From Candidatus Saccharimonadota bacterium (GTDB lineage Bacteria > Patescibacteriota > Saccharimonadia > Saccharimonadales > Saccharimonadaceae), in contig NZ_CP045921.1 of assembly GCF_025273655.1 (NCBI RefSeq), positions 540,001 to 572,000 on the forward strand: 32,000 nt of DNA. The letters run 5' to 3'. Within the stretch, counting starts at the first letter, position 1, and each line of letters starts with the position of its first letter. The position numbers were made by a program, and so were the translations under genes. Below are positions 1 to 8,459 of the stretch, piece after piece. The notes under the pieces are model-generated. The model saw only the letters and a program-made list of their open reading frames with translations, did no database searches and was not told where the DNA came from.

Positions 1-290
1 TGCGCAATCTCGAAGCACTCGATAGCATCGGGAAATGCCTGCTGCTTGGCATAGAGAATGCCAAGACGGTTGTACGCGGTAGCATTGCGTTCATCGACGC
101 GGAGAATAGTCAGTAGCGCCTTCTCGGCACGAAGATACTTTTTGTCGCGAAGCGATTCTTGGGCGATATCCCAGAGGCGATCAAGTTTGTCGGCAAATTT
201 GAGCTTTGTCTCAGAAGCCACTTCGTGAATCGTCTGGCGATGAAACACCACGGCGATACCTATAATTACTAGCAGGAGTAATCCAAACAT
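1..290 (-). CDS. TPR-repeat protein with N-terminal membrane helix (partial; C-terminus beyond window start)
   Basis: Not in the ORF track because there is no stop in the window. Own translation from the ATG (cat at 288-290): MFGLLLLVIIGIAVVFHRQT...NATAYNRLGILYAKQQAFPDAIECFEIA. It has a hydrophobic N-terminus followed by a TPR-like motif. It starts 10 nt after the holB-like stop. Confidence 0.45.
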   Translation of the reverse strand, partial: MFGLLLLVIIGIAVVFHRQTIHEVASETKLKFADKLDRLWDIAQESLRDKKYLRAEKALLTILRVDERNATAYNRLGILYAKQQAFPDAIECFEIA

Positions 291-299
291 TACAATTTA

Positions 300-1049
300 T
301 TATACCACAGCCCGGAGGAGCTGCAGTTTGATGTTGCCGTTTTGCTTGATGGCAATCTCTGCAGCCAGCAGCTTCTCGGTTTCGTCGCGAAGCTTCGGTG
401 TAAATCGTGACTTCATGAGTGTTGTATATGTCACCAAACAGGCGTCGATAAACTGCAGCGCCTCATCACGCTTGTCACTCGTCTGTTTGATAACAACCAG
501 GCGATCATATGCAGAACCCCCTACGTAGCGTTTCGCAAACTCAAACAGCTTACTGCGCCGTGCGAAATATCGCTCATCGCGCGCCAGTCTGGCTTCTTCG
601 GACGCTATGCCGCCCGCCATGAAGCGGATGCGCGCTGCTTTGTCATCTGGCAACTGCACCGACTGATCACTTACAACCGTCGCACGTTGACAGCGTGAGC
701 GAATCGTCTCAAGCAATACGTCTGGTGAGTACGTCTCGAGTATGAAGTGAAGATCGGGTCGCGGCTCTTCGAGCAATTTCAGTAGTGCGTTTTGCGACTG
801 AACGGTCATGGCTGCGGCGTCGCGAAGTATCACGACCGTGCGTATGTGTGGCTTGGCCGAGCGTACAGCTTGCTGTAGGGCGCGGATGTCATCGATATAA
901 ATACCGGTACTTGTCTTGGATGTGTTAGGGTGCTCGTCAATACGGAGCACTTCGTCGGTTGGCTGCTGCCGCATGCTGTAGTATGCGCCAAGATCTTCGC
1001 CTGGAGTGCCACTGACTATCATAGCCTGCGGCAGCTCGGCCCCGCTCAT
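300..1049 (-). CDS. holB: DNA polymerase III delta'-like clamp-loader subunit (short, degenerate P-loop)
   Basis: 249 aa. Contains the NALLKLLEEP box and the SRC motif (IRSRCQ) typical of clamp-loader AAA+ subunits. The Walker A position reads SGTPGEDLG, with no GK[ST]. Its ATG overlaps the upstream TGA stop (ATGA at 1046-1049). Confidence 0.6.
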   Translation of the reverse strand: MSGAELPQAMIVSGTPGEDLGAYYSMRQQPTDEVLRIDEHPNTSKTSTGIYIDDIRALQQAVRSAKPHIRTVVILRDAAAMTVQSQNALLKLLEEPRPDLHFILETYSPDVLLETIRSRCQRATVVSDQSVQLPDDKAARIRFMAGGIASEEARLARDERYFARRSKLFEFAKRYVGGSAYDRLVVIKQTSDKRDEALQFIDACLVTYTTLMKSRFTPKLRDETEKLLAAEIAIKQNGNIKLQLLRAVV

Positions 1050-2200
1050 GCCAATGCCTCACGAAACTCCGGTGGTATAGGCGCTTCAAACACTTTGCGT
1101 ACCCCACCTGGAAGTGTAACTTCAAGCTTGTAGGCGTGCAGGTACATGCGGTCTGCCGATTCTTCGCCATAGACTTTGTCGCCTACGATAGGTGTACCAA
1201 GATATGCCATGTGCACACGTAGCTGGTGGGTGCGGCCGGTACGGGGCCTCAGCGCCACTAGCGAACGTGGAGCGCCAGACTCTAATACTTCGTACACCGT
1301 TTCGGCCGATTTGCCGCCAGCGTCGACTCTAAAAGTACTTGGTGCATTGGGGTTACGGCCTATAGGCAAGTCGATCTTGGCCTTGAGTTGCTCCGGTGTG
1401 CCGCTTACGACGGCCACGTATTCTTTTTTCGTAGTGCGATTGGTAAATTGTTTGCCGATAAGCGCCGCAGTCTCGTCGTTTTTCACCATCAGTAGCACGC
1501 CGCTTGTGTCGCGGTCGAGCCGATGAACGATACCCGGACGGTTTGTGTCTGCTTTGTAGCTTGTCTTAGGCTTCACGAAGTCGGCAGCGGTAAATTCTTC
1601 CACCATAGCGCCCTTGGCGTGTGTCAGCAGTCCAACGGGCTTATTGATAACAAGCACATTGTCATCTTCGTAGAGCACCGCTATATCTGGTGTCTCATAC
1701 GCTACATCTAGTGTTTCTAGCGTAATCACATCGGTTGCTTTTACGGCATGTTTGGCAGACGTGTGTACTTCGCCGTTGACCAGCACTTCGCCGCGGGCGA
1801 TGCGCTTCTGATACGTGCTGCGCGACTCGTCCCCAAATTGCTCTACGAGCGCTTGGTCGAGGCGCTTGGTCTGCGGCGCATCGCGGAGCAAATAGACTTC
1901 TTTGGCGCGGTATGGCAATGCATAGGTGGTGAGGCCTGTGTCGCCTGGGAGGGCGATGAGTTCATAGTGATGTACCACCCCGGACTCTTCCACCATGTCG
2001 TAGATGTAGTCTTCGTCGTCTTCGGCAGCGCTATCTATAAGTACCACGTAGTGTTTTTTGCCTACGGCGAACCGGATGGCAACGTTTTTGTCGTGTGGCT
2101 TAGATTTGGCGATGCGCTCGATGTGGCGTGGCATCACTTCATCGCCTACTTCGTGAAACAGTCGCAGTATGGCGACGAGATCGGAGGAATCAAATTTCAT
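1046..2200 (-). CDS. RluA-family (RluD-like) pseudouridine synthase with S4 domain and about 105-aa N-terminal extension
   Basis: 384 aa. Carries the catalytic HRLDRDTSG motif, an S4-like segment (RLDQALVEQF...IARGEVLVNGE) and a PRTGRTHQLRVH motif. The first ~105 aa are unassigned. Confidence 0.75.
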   Translation of the reverse strand: MKFDSSDLVAILRLFHEVGDEVMPRHIERIAKSKPHDKNVAIRFAVGKKHYVVLIDSAAEDDEDYIYDMVEESGVVHHYELIALPGDTGLTTYALPYRAKEVYLLRDAPQTKRLDQALVEQFGDESRSTYQKRIARGEVLVNGEVHTSAKHAVKATDVITLETLDVAYETPDIAVLYEDDNVLVINKPVGLLTHAKGAMVEEFTAADFVKPKTSYKADTNRPGIVHRLDRDTSGVLLMVKNDETAALIGKQFTNRTTKKEYVAVVSGTPEQLKAKIDLPIGRNPNAPSTFRVDAGGKSAETVYEVLESGAPRSLVALRPRTGRTHQLRVHMAYLGTPIVGDKVYGEESADRMYLHAYKLEVTLPGGVRKVFEAPIPPEFREALA

Positions 2201-3242
2201 CGTATTCTTTCGGTGGCCTCAATCCAACTGCTCGTTGTACACGCAGCAGTGTCGCACCGGCTTGCTCGTTCATGGCGCGCTCAGATGCTTCGAGCTTAGC
2301 CACAATAGTTGCGCTATCGTACGTATCGTAGCTTTTTTGCAGATCGATCAAAAACTTCTGCATCTCATCGGCTACGATCTTCTTGAAATCACCATAACGG
2401 TCCATGCCTGCATATTGGCTCGCGACTTCGGCGACAGGTTTACCACGTAGCAATGCCAAGATGTCGAGTAGGTTTGAGATACCGGGCTGCTCGGCTGGGT
2501 TGTAGTTTACAGACGCCTTGTCATCGGTGGTTGCAGACATAATCTTCTTGGCTGCGGTTGCCGGTTCGTCACCCAGGAAGATGACACCTTTGCCTGTCTC
2601 GTCGCTTTTGCTCATCTTCTTCGTTGGATTTACAAGGTCCATGATGCGGAGGCCTTGCTCTTTGCCAAAGAACTCGTGCTGCGCTTTCACCGGTTCTGGC
2701 ACGACAAATAGTTCACCGAAGCGGTTGTTCATACGTTCGGCGATATCACGCGCGAACTCGAGGTGCTGAGTCTGGTCATCGCCGACTGGGACGTATTTCG
2801 CGTCGTATAGCAAGATATCGGCAGCCATGAGCACAGGATAGTTAAAAAGGCCAACACTAATTTGCGAGTCTCCTAGTTTGCCCGACTTGTCTTTGAACTG
2901 TGTCATCCGGCTCATTTCGCCGAAGCCCGTAAAGCAATCCAAAATCCATGTCAGCTCGCTATGTGCTGGCACATAGCTCTGACGATAGAGATGAATATTA
3001 TCGTCATCCAGTGGCAAGCCCGCAGCTGCATACAGCCGCGCGTTGTGTAGTATCTGTGCCTGCAGCTCGCTGTGATCGATCGGCGTCGTGAAGCTATGGA
3101 GATCTGGGATAAACATGTTCACTTGGTAATCGTGTGAGCGTGACTTCGCCATGTCGATAATAGGCAGCATCGCGCCAAAGTAATTGCCGATTTGCAAATC
3201 GTTGTTGGCACGCAGGCCAGTGAGGATCACGGGGTTTGTCAT
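2190..3242 (-). CDS. trpS: tryptophanyl-tRNA synthetase
   Basis: 350 aa. Has the class I KMSKS motif, a HIGH-equivalent LQIGNYFG, plus YPVLMAADIL and GDDQTQHLE, which are typical of TrpRS. Confidence 0.9.
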   Translation of the reverse strand: MTNPVILTGLRANNDLQIGNYFGAMLPIIDMAKSRSHDYQVNMFIPDLHSFTTPIDHSELQAQILHNARLYAAAGLPLDDDNIHLYRQSYVPAHSELTWILDCFTGFGEMSRMTQFKDKSGKLGDSQISVGLFNYPVLMAADILLYDAKYVPVGDDQTQHLEFARDIAERMNNRFGELFVVPEPVKAQHEFFGKEQGLRIMDLVNPTKKMSKSDETGKGVIFLGDEPATAAKKIMSATTDDKASVNYNPAEQPGISNLLDILALLRGKPVAEVASQYAGMDRYGDFKKIVADEMQKFLIDLQKSYDTYDSATIVAKLEASERAMNEQAGATLLRVQRAVGLRPPKEYDEI

Positions 3243-3253
3243 AATTACCTCTT

Positions 3254-3262
3254 ATTATAGCA
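3254..3262 (-). promoter_or_regulatory. possible extended -10 element TGCTATAAT upstream of trpS
   Basis: The minus strand reads gaaagaTGCTATAATaagaggtaattATG. There is no good -35. The -10 lies only 11 nt from the ATG, so a transcript would be nearly leaderless. An AAGAGG SD is also present. Confidence 0.25.
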
Positions 3263-3275
3263 TCTTTCTAAACTG

Positions 3276-4109
3276 TTACACCTCTGGATTCTGCGCAAAA
3301 AGCAAAGACCGTACTGCGTCTGCATATGGCTTACTACGATTGATCTCATGGGCTGCAACTATGGGGTACACTGCGACATTTGGATTGTGTTTGGCGAGTG
3401 TTTTGTAATATTTCTTGATGACATACGGGTCGAGACGACCATACACGAGTGATGTGGGCACTTTTGTCTCGATAAGCCATTCAAATGCAGACTGGTTCTC
3501 TATAGCCATCTCGATAGAACGCACTACACTGCGCATATTTTTGTCATCTACTACGAAATCCTCATCTATAAATTTGGCGCGGCGTGCGTAGTAGTTCAGC
3601 TTCTTTGTGAAGTCGGGTTTTTCGCGGAAATTACGCAGCATCGATTTGTAAAACGTCTCGCCATCTGGCAACTTGAATTTGTTGAACACGTAGCGTGGCT
3701 CGGATTTGTAGAGGGGCGTACTGCAGAGAATGAGCGATTTTAGACGTGCGGGGTACTTCTTGGCGTATTCTATAGCCACGAGCGCCCCCAGCGAGTGCCC
3801 TACGATGATGATATCACCGGTCACGCCGCATTTACGTAGTGTCGTATGGAGGCTGATTGCCTGCTCTTCGGCGTTGTAGCTGCGCCAATCCGGTTTGGGT
3901 GATTCGCCGAACCCTAGTAAATCGACGGCAATCACGCGTGACGAGCTGGGCAGATCTTTGAGTGCAAGGTTCCATACTTTGTGCGTACGTGCCAACCCAT
4001 GAATCAATACGATAGTTGGTGCCTCTATGTCCGCGCCCGTACGATCCACACCCACATGCAGTGCATGCGGGATCCTCAGTACCTTGTGCACCAGTTTGTC
4101 ACGTAACAT
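3276..4109 (-). CDS. alpha/beta-fold hydrolase
   Basis: Contains the GHSLGA nucleophile elbow and an HG oxyanion motif (VLIHGLA). The start was trimmed from the ORF-track 4253 to Met49 (cat at 4107-4109). The long form overlaps rpsI and crosses a terminator, and GGAGG sits just upstream of 4109. Confidence 0.7.
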   Translation of the reverse strand: MLRDKLVHKVLRIPHALHVGVDRTGADIEAPTIVLIHGLARTHKVWNLALKDLPSSSRVIAVDLLGFGESPKPDWRSYNAEEQAISLHTTLRKCGVTGDIIIVGHSLGALVAIEYAKKYPARLKSLILCSTPLYKSEPRYVFNKFKLPDGETFYKSMLRNFREKPDFTKKLNYYARRAKFIDEDFVVDDKNMRSVVRSIEMAIENQSAFEWLIETKVPTSLVYGRLDPYVIKKYYKTLAKHNPNVAVYPIVAAHEINRSKPYADAVRSLLFAQNPEV

Positions 4110-4125
4110 ACCCTCCAGTCTGACA

Positions 4126-4157
4126 CCAAAAATCCCTATCGTCAATCGATAGGGATT
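4126..4157 (-). terminator. rho-independent terminator after rpsI
   Basis: An 11-bp stem AATCCCTATCG/CGATAGGGATT (4131-4141 with 4147-4157) with a 5-nt loop. On the minus strand it is followed by TTTTTGG. It lies 20 nt downstream of the rpsI stop. Confidence 0.6.
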
Positions 4158-4176
4158 CTGGATGTAGGCAAACGAA

Positions 4177-4575
4177 TTAACGCTTACTAAATTGTTCACG
4201 CTTACGAGCAGAACGAAGACCGTATTTCTTGCGTTCTTTCTCACGTGGATCACGCGATAGCAGCTCAGCTTTCTTCAATGTTGGACGCAGATCGGCGTGA
4301 CCAACCGTGATTGCTTTTGCAATCGCCAGTTTGATCGCATCCACCTGACCAGCTACACCACCACCACTCACGCGGACAGTGATATCGAAGTCTTTCTGCT
4401 TGCCAACAACAGCAAGTGGGTCGGTAATCTCAGCGAGAAGCGGCTTGTTGCCAGAGAGGTACTCTGCTGCCGGCTTATCGTTAATAGTCACGTTGCCCTT
4501 ACCCTTGTATAGACGAGCTCGAGCTGTAGCGCTTTTGCGACGACCGAGACCGTAAAAGTATGTAGCGTCAGCCAT
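4177..4575 (-). CDS. rpsI: 30S ribosomal protein S9
   Basis: 132 aa with an YGLGRRKSA... start and a ...RKREQFSKR end, both typical of S9. It directly follows rplM. Confidence 0.93.
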   Translation of the reverse strand: MADATYFYGLGRRKSATARARLYKGKGNVTINDKPAAEYLSGNKPLLAEITDPLAVVGKQKDFDITVRVSGGGVAGQVDAIKLAIAKAITVGHADLRPTLKKAELLSRDPREKERKKYGLRSARKREQFSKR

Positions 4576-4576
4576 A

Positions 4577-5017
4577 TTACTTTACCTCAACTTTCTTTGG
4601 GGTTTGTGCGGTGTGCGCGTGTTCTGCGCCAGGAAACACCTTCAGGCGAGCCATGCGGTCGGCCTGGAGCTTGTTCTTTGGCAACATACCACGAACAGAT
4701 GCTTCGATAATGCGCTCTGGGAACTTCTCGCGAACTTCTTCGAGGCGTGCATCTTTGATGCCACCAGGGAAACCAGAGTGGCGATAGTAGATCTTCTGGA
4801 GCTCTTTATCGCCAGTTACTGGCACGTCTTTGGCGTTGATGACCACAACGTAGTCACCGGCGTCCATATGCGGAGTGTAAGTAGGCTTACCCTTGCCCGT
4901 GAGCAGCTGCGCGATGACAGTGCTGAGGCGTCCAAGTGGAAGCTCTGTTGCGTCAATCAGGTGCCACTCGCGAGTGATTTCTGATGGTTTCTGAGAGTAA
5001 GTTTTAGAATTGACCAT
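4577..5017 (-). CDS. rplM: 50S ribosomal protein L13
   Basis: 146 aa. The segment REWHLIDA...LGRLST.IA..L.GK is characteristic of L13. Confidence 0.93.
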   Translation of the reverse strand: MVNSKTYSQKPSEITREWHLIDATELPLGRLSTVIAQLLTGKGKPTYTPHMDAGDYVVVINAKDVPVTGDKELQKIYYRHSGFPGGIKDARLEEVREKFPERIIEASVRGMLPKNKLQADRMARLKVFPGAEHAHTAQTPKKVEVK

Positions 5018-5403
5018 TACTTAGTCTCCTTTCCGGCAGGCTTGAGTTCGTCTACAAACTCAATTGTTGCCATCTGTGCAGCATCACCTACGCGAAGACG
5101 CGTGCGTGTCACGCGGACGTGACCGCTAGTGCGACCACCGAGCTGTGGGGCGATTTCGTCCACTAGCTTGTAGGCTGCAGCCTGTGTCGACAGGCCAGAG
5201 ATGACCAGGCGACGGTTATGAAGGTCGCCCTTCTTTGCTTTTGTGATGAGCTTTTCGATGTAACGCACCAATTCTTTGGCTTTTGGCAACGTGGTTTCAA
5301 TCTTGCCGTGCTCGACAAGGCTCGTCGCCAGACCCTTCATGAGTGCGCGGCGTTGGTCGCGCTCACGACCGAACTTACGCCCTTTGTATCCATGTCGGTG
5401 CAT
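5017..5403 (-). CDS. rplQ: 50S ribosomal protein L17
   Basis: 128 aa beginning MHRHGYKGRKFGRERDQRRAL, a typical L17 start. It follows rpoA. Confidence 0.9.
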   Translation of the reverse strand: MHRHGYKGRKFGRERDQRRALMKGLATSLVEHGKIETTLPKAKELVRYIEKLITKAKKGDLHNRRLVISGLSTQAAAYKLVDEIAPQLGGRTSGHVRVTRTRLRVGDAAQMATIEFVDELKPAGKETK

Positions 5404-5404
5404 A

Positions 5405-6328
5405 TTACAGTTCTAACTCCGCTAGTTTATCTTTTACTTCATCAAGGGCTTTTGAGCCAAAGCCTTTGAGTTCACGAAGATCCTGCTCAGTCAAAGTCAC
5501 GAGGTCTTGGACGGTGCGGATTTCGTTGTTGATCAGCGCATTGGCTGTACGTGCTGTCAGGTTGAGCTCTTCGATAGGAGTGTTGAGCTCGTTAGCATCT
5601 TCGGCATCAGACTGACCGAGTGCAGGTGCAGCTTCGACAATCGTACTACCAGCCAGGGCTGTGTACTGATTAACCAAGATAGCCGCAGCTTCTTCAAACG
5701 CTTCACGCGGGCTCAATGTGCCGTCTGTGTCGACAGTGACTACTAGCTTGTCCAGGTTTGTTTCCTGACCAACACGAGTAGGGTCAACTTTGTAGCGTAC
5801 GCGAAGTACTGGGCTGAACACTGCGTCGAGCGCGATGTGATCTGAGTGTACACGAGACTCGCTTGACTCTTCGATAGTGCGGTAACCACGACCTGCGTCG
5901 ATGACGAGATCGATAGCGACAGCGCCCTTTGGATCATCAATTGTGCAGATAACCTGCTCTGGATTGATCACTTCTACATCTGCAGTCGTCTTGATATCGG
6001 CAGCAGTGACGACACCAGCACCCTTCTTCTCGAGGCGCAGCTCAACTGGCTGGTCGGCGTGTACTTTGACACGAACGTTTTTGAGGTTCAGGCTGATGTC
6101 GACGACATCCTCTTTGATCCCCTTTACCGTTGTGAACTCGTGCGTCGCACCTTCGATTTTGAACGAAACAATAGCGCCACCGGCGATGCTCGAAAGCAGT
6201 ACGCGGCGAAGGCTGTTGCCCAGGGTGTTACCGTAGCCAGCGTGTAGTGGCTCGATGACAAATGACGCGCTCGTAGCCGAATGATCATCGACGCTTGCAA
6301 GTGCAGGGTTGTGAATAACTTTTGTCAT
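5405..6328 (-). CDS. rpoA: DNA-directed RNA polymerase alpha subunit
   Basis: 307 aa. Has the N-terminal GNTLGNSLRRVLLSS motif and a C-terminal domain with LNLTARTANAL...I.TV.DL. Sits in the canonical position between rpsD and rplQ. Confidence 0.93.
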   Translation of the reverse strand: MTKVIHNPALASVDDHSATSASFVIEPLHAGYGNTLGNSLRRVLLSSIAGGAIVSFKIEGATHEFTTVKGIKEDVVDISLNLKNVRVKVHADQPVELRLEKKGAGVVTAADIKTTADVEVINPEQVICTIDDPKGAVAIDLVIDAGRGYRTIEESSESRVHSDHIALDAVFSPVLRVRYKVDPTRVGQETNLDKLVVTVDTDGTLSPREAFEEAAAILVNQYTALAGSTIVEAAPALGQSDAEDANELNTPIEELNLTARTANALINNEIRTVQDLVTLTEQDLRELKGFGSKALDEVKDKLAELEL

Positions 6329-6346
6329 TATATAGGCTCCTTACCC

Positions 6347-6964
6347 TTATCGTGAGTAGTACTCGACGATGAGCTGTTCGTTAATATCTACTTCTGCTTC
6401 TTCACGTTTCGGATTGCCCGTTACGGTAATCGTCAGTTTCTTTGCATCTGTCTTCATCCAGCTGAGTGGACCTTGTGTCGAATTGCCAATCACGTCGTTA
6501 ATCTGTGTGAAATAGCCACTCTTGGTACTCTTTGGGCGAACTTCGATCACATCACCGGCTTTGAGGCGGATAGATGGGATGTCGACTCGGCGACCGTTGA
6601 GTAGGAAATGTCCATGGCCGACGAGCTGACGTGCAGCACGGCGACTGGTAGCAAAACCTGCGCGGTAGACTGCATTGTCGATACGGCGCTCGAGGAGCTG
6701 GAGCAAGTTTTCACCGGCCAGACCTTCTTTGCGGCTTGCTTCGTTCATAAGACGTGCGAACTGCTTCTCGAGCAGGCCGTATGTGCGGCGAACTTTTTGC
6801 TTCTCGCGGAGCTGTGTCAGGTACAGGCTAGGCTTGCCCTGGCGGCCATGTGCGTGTTGACCTGGAATACCAGATTTTCGCGCCATGATTTTGTGCGCTT
6901 TTGGATGCAGCGCGTAGCCTTCGCGGCGAGACTGCTTGACAATAGGAGATGTATCTCGTGCCAT
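6347..6964 (-). CDS. rpsD: 30S ribosomal protein S4
   Basis: 205 aa. The YGL.EKQF, LE.R.DN.VYR and S4 RNA-binding domain pattern is present. Confidence 0.93.
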   Translation of the reverse strand: MARDTSPIVKQSRREGYALHPKAHKIMARKSGIPGQHAHGRQGKPSLYLTQLREKQKVRRTYGLLEKQFARLMNEASRKEGLAGENLLQLLERRIDNAVYRAGFATSRRAARQLVGHGHFLLNGRRVDIPSIRLKAGDVIEVRPKSTKSGYFTQINDVIGNSTQGPLSWMKTDAKKLTITVTGNPKREEAEVDINEQLIVEYYSR

Positions 6965-6967
6965 CGC

Positions 6968-7360
6968 TTATGCCCTCCGTGCTTTCTTAGGACGGACACC
7001 ACCGTGTGGCACACCCGTCACGTCTTTGATACTGTCTACAGCGATGTCAAGATTGCTCATCGCGCGAATCGCTGCATCACGTCCAAGGCCCACACCTTTG
7101 ACGAACACGTCGACAGTGCTTGTGCCATGGAGGCTTTTGACAGCTTCTGCAGCTTTTTCGGCTGCGACTTGTGCTGCATACGCAGTACCTTTTTTGCTTC
7201 CGCGGAAGCCACAGGCACCAGCGCTCGCTGCAGCGAGGACATTACCTTTTTTGTCGGTAAACGTCACGATTGTATTGTTGAATGTTGCTTGGATGTGCAG
7301 CTGACCAGCAGGAACTGATCGGCGTTGCTTCTTCCGAGCGGATGTTTTAGCGTCTGCCAT
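6968..7360 (-). CDS. rpsK: 30S ribosomal protein S11
   Basis: 130 aa. The segment HIQATFNNTIVT.TD..GN....SAG..GF.GS.K is typical of S11. Confidence 0.93.
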   Translation of the reverse strand: MADAKTSARKKQRRSVPAGQLHIQATFNNTIVTFTDKKGNVLAAASAGACGFRGSKKGTAYAAQVAAEKAAEAVKSLHGTSTVDVFVKGVGLGRDAAIRAMSNLDIAVDSIKDVTGVPHGGVRPKKARRA

Positions 7361-7380
7361 AACTCTCTTGTTCCTTTCCT

Positions 7381-7767
7381 TTAGGTCTTGCTTGCTGCCT
7401 TAGGTTGTGTACCGCCGACCGACTGTGCGCGTCCCTTACGAGTTCGTGCATTCGTGCGGGTTCGCTGTCCACGTACCGGCAATCCTGCCTTGTGACGTAG
7501 ACCGCGATATGCGTTCACGTCTTTCAGGCGCTTAATATTGTTTGTTACCAAGCGCTGTAGGTCGCCTTCCGTGGTGTAATCGCCGTCGACGATTTCACGA
7601 ATACGCTGTTCTTCAGCCTCGGTGAGATCTTTCACCCGAGTGGTCGGCTCAACTTTTGCCGCCGCAAGGATGTCTCCAGCAAATTTCGGACCGATACCAT
7701 ATATATAGGTAAGAGCGATCTGAACTTGCTTCTCTGATGGGATGGTTACCCCAGCAATTCGAGCCAT
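7381..7767 (-). CDS. rpsM: 30S ribosomal protein S13
   Basis: 128 aa beginning [10 protein letters not shown]....[11 protein letters not shown], typical of S13. Confidence 0.93.
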   Translation of the reverse strand: MARIAGVTIPSEKQVQIALTYIYGIGPKFAGDILAAAKVEPTTRVKDLTEAEEQRIREIVDGDYTTEGDLQRLVTNNIKRLKDVNAYRGLRHKAGLPVRGQRTRTNARTRKGRAQSVGGTQPKAASKT

Positions 7768-7769
7768 GC

Positions 7770-7886
7770 TTAACCCTGCCTTTGCTTATTCTTAGGTTTT
7801 TTCTTGTTGATGACACGGAGGCGGCCTTTACGGCGTACCAACTGGTCATCTGGGCTGATTTTTTTCACACTCGCACGAACTTTCAT
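7770..7886 (-). CDS. rpmJ: 50S ribosomal protein L36 (Cys-less form)
   Basis: Below the ORF-track cutoff. Own translation: [38 protein letters not shown] (38 aa). The MKVRASVKK start and KQRQG end match L36. All four usual Zn-ligand positions are S/D/N/N. Confidence 0.85.
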   Translation of the reverse strand: MKVRASVKKISPDDQLVRRKGRLRVINKKKPKNKQRQG

Positions 7887-7939
7887 GAGCGTCTACAAAA
7901 ACTCCCTTTCCTTAAATTTGATGCGTATTGGAGGCTTCC

Positions 7940-8185
7940 CTACGCGGCTGTGCGCACAGGTTCATCTCGCAGTCGGAAGCTGATACGGCCCTGTGTGAGA
8001 TCATACGGGGTCATCTCTACTTCCACTCTATCGCCTGGTACCAGACGGATATAATGCTTGCGCATCTTGCCGCTGATGTGAGCGATAATTGTATGGCCAT
8101 TCTCAAGTTCTACCTTGAATTTAGTACCAGGCAGTGCTTCCACTACCTTTCCTGTCATCTTAATTACTTCCTTTTGACTCGCCAT
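7940..8185 (-). CDS. infA: translation initiation factor IF-1
   Basis: 81 aa. The S1-like core G.V.E.LP...F.V.LENGH...[12 protein letters not shown]...GD.V.VE..PYDL..GRI is present. Confidence 0.9.
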   Translation of the reverse strand: MASQKEVIKMTGKVVEALPGTKFKVELENGHTIIAHISGKMRKHYIRLVPGDRVEVEMTPYDLTQGRISFRLRDEPVRTAA

Positions 8186-8286
8186 AAATTACAATCCTAG
8201 ATTATACAGTAAATTTTCGTAAGAGTAAAGCACTTTTAGAGCACTCCGCGTGAGGCACTCGATGCACGCGTTATAAACTTGTATTT

Positions 8287-8314
8287 ATTGTAGCAAAATG
8301 TAAGCGTAGGTCAA
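8287..8314 (-). promoter_or_regulatory. candidate sigma70-type promoter for the infA-to-rpsI unit
   Basis: The minus strand reads TTGACC-16 nt-TACAAT with an extended -10 (TGCTACAAT). It lies about 95 nt upstream of the infA ATG. A weaker second candidate, TTTACT-17-TATAAT, is at 8201-8229. Confidence 0.45.
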
Positions 8315-8459
8315 GGCGTACCGCCTTCTATTAGAAATGATTATATTATTCATAGATGAGTTTGGAGGGCACACTCAACTCAAATTCAATTATTCTACTA
8401 TAATTTTTATATTTACAATAGTAGGGTTAACACAGCTAATTATTAACAATTGGATTCGC

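Noticed and set aside
8186-8459. An AT-rich 274-bp gap between the sortase gene and infA, considered as a possible sRNA or mobile-element scar. It includes an AGCACT direct repeat and an AAGGCG/CGCCTT hairpin.
   Set aside because: It is adequately explained as the promoter-plus-leader region for infA, with two candidate promoters. No terminal inverted repeats, target duplications or convincing terminator were seen.
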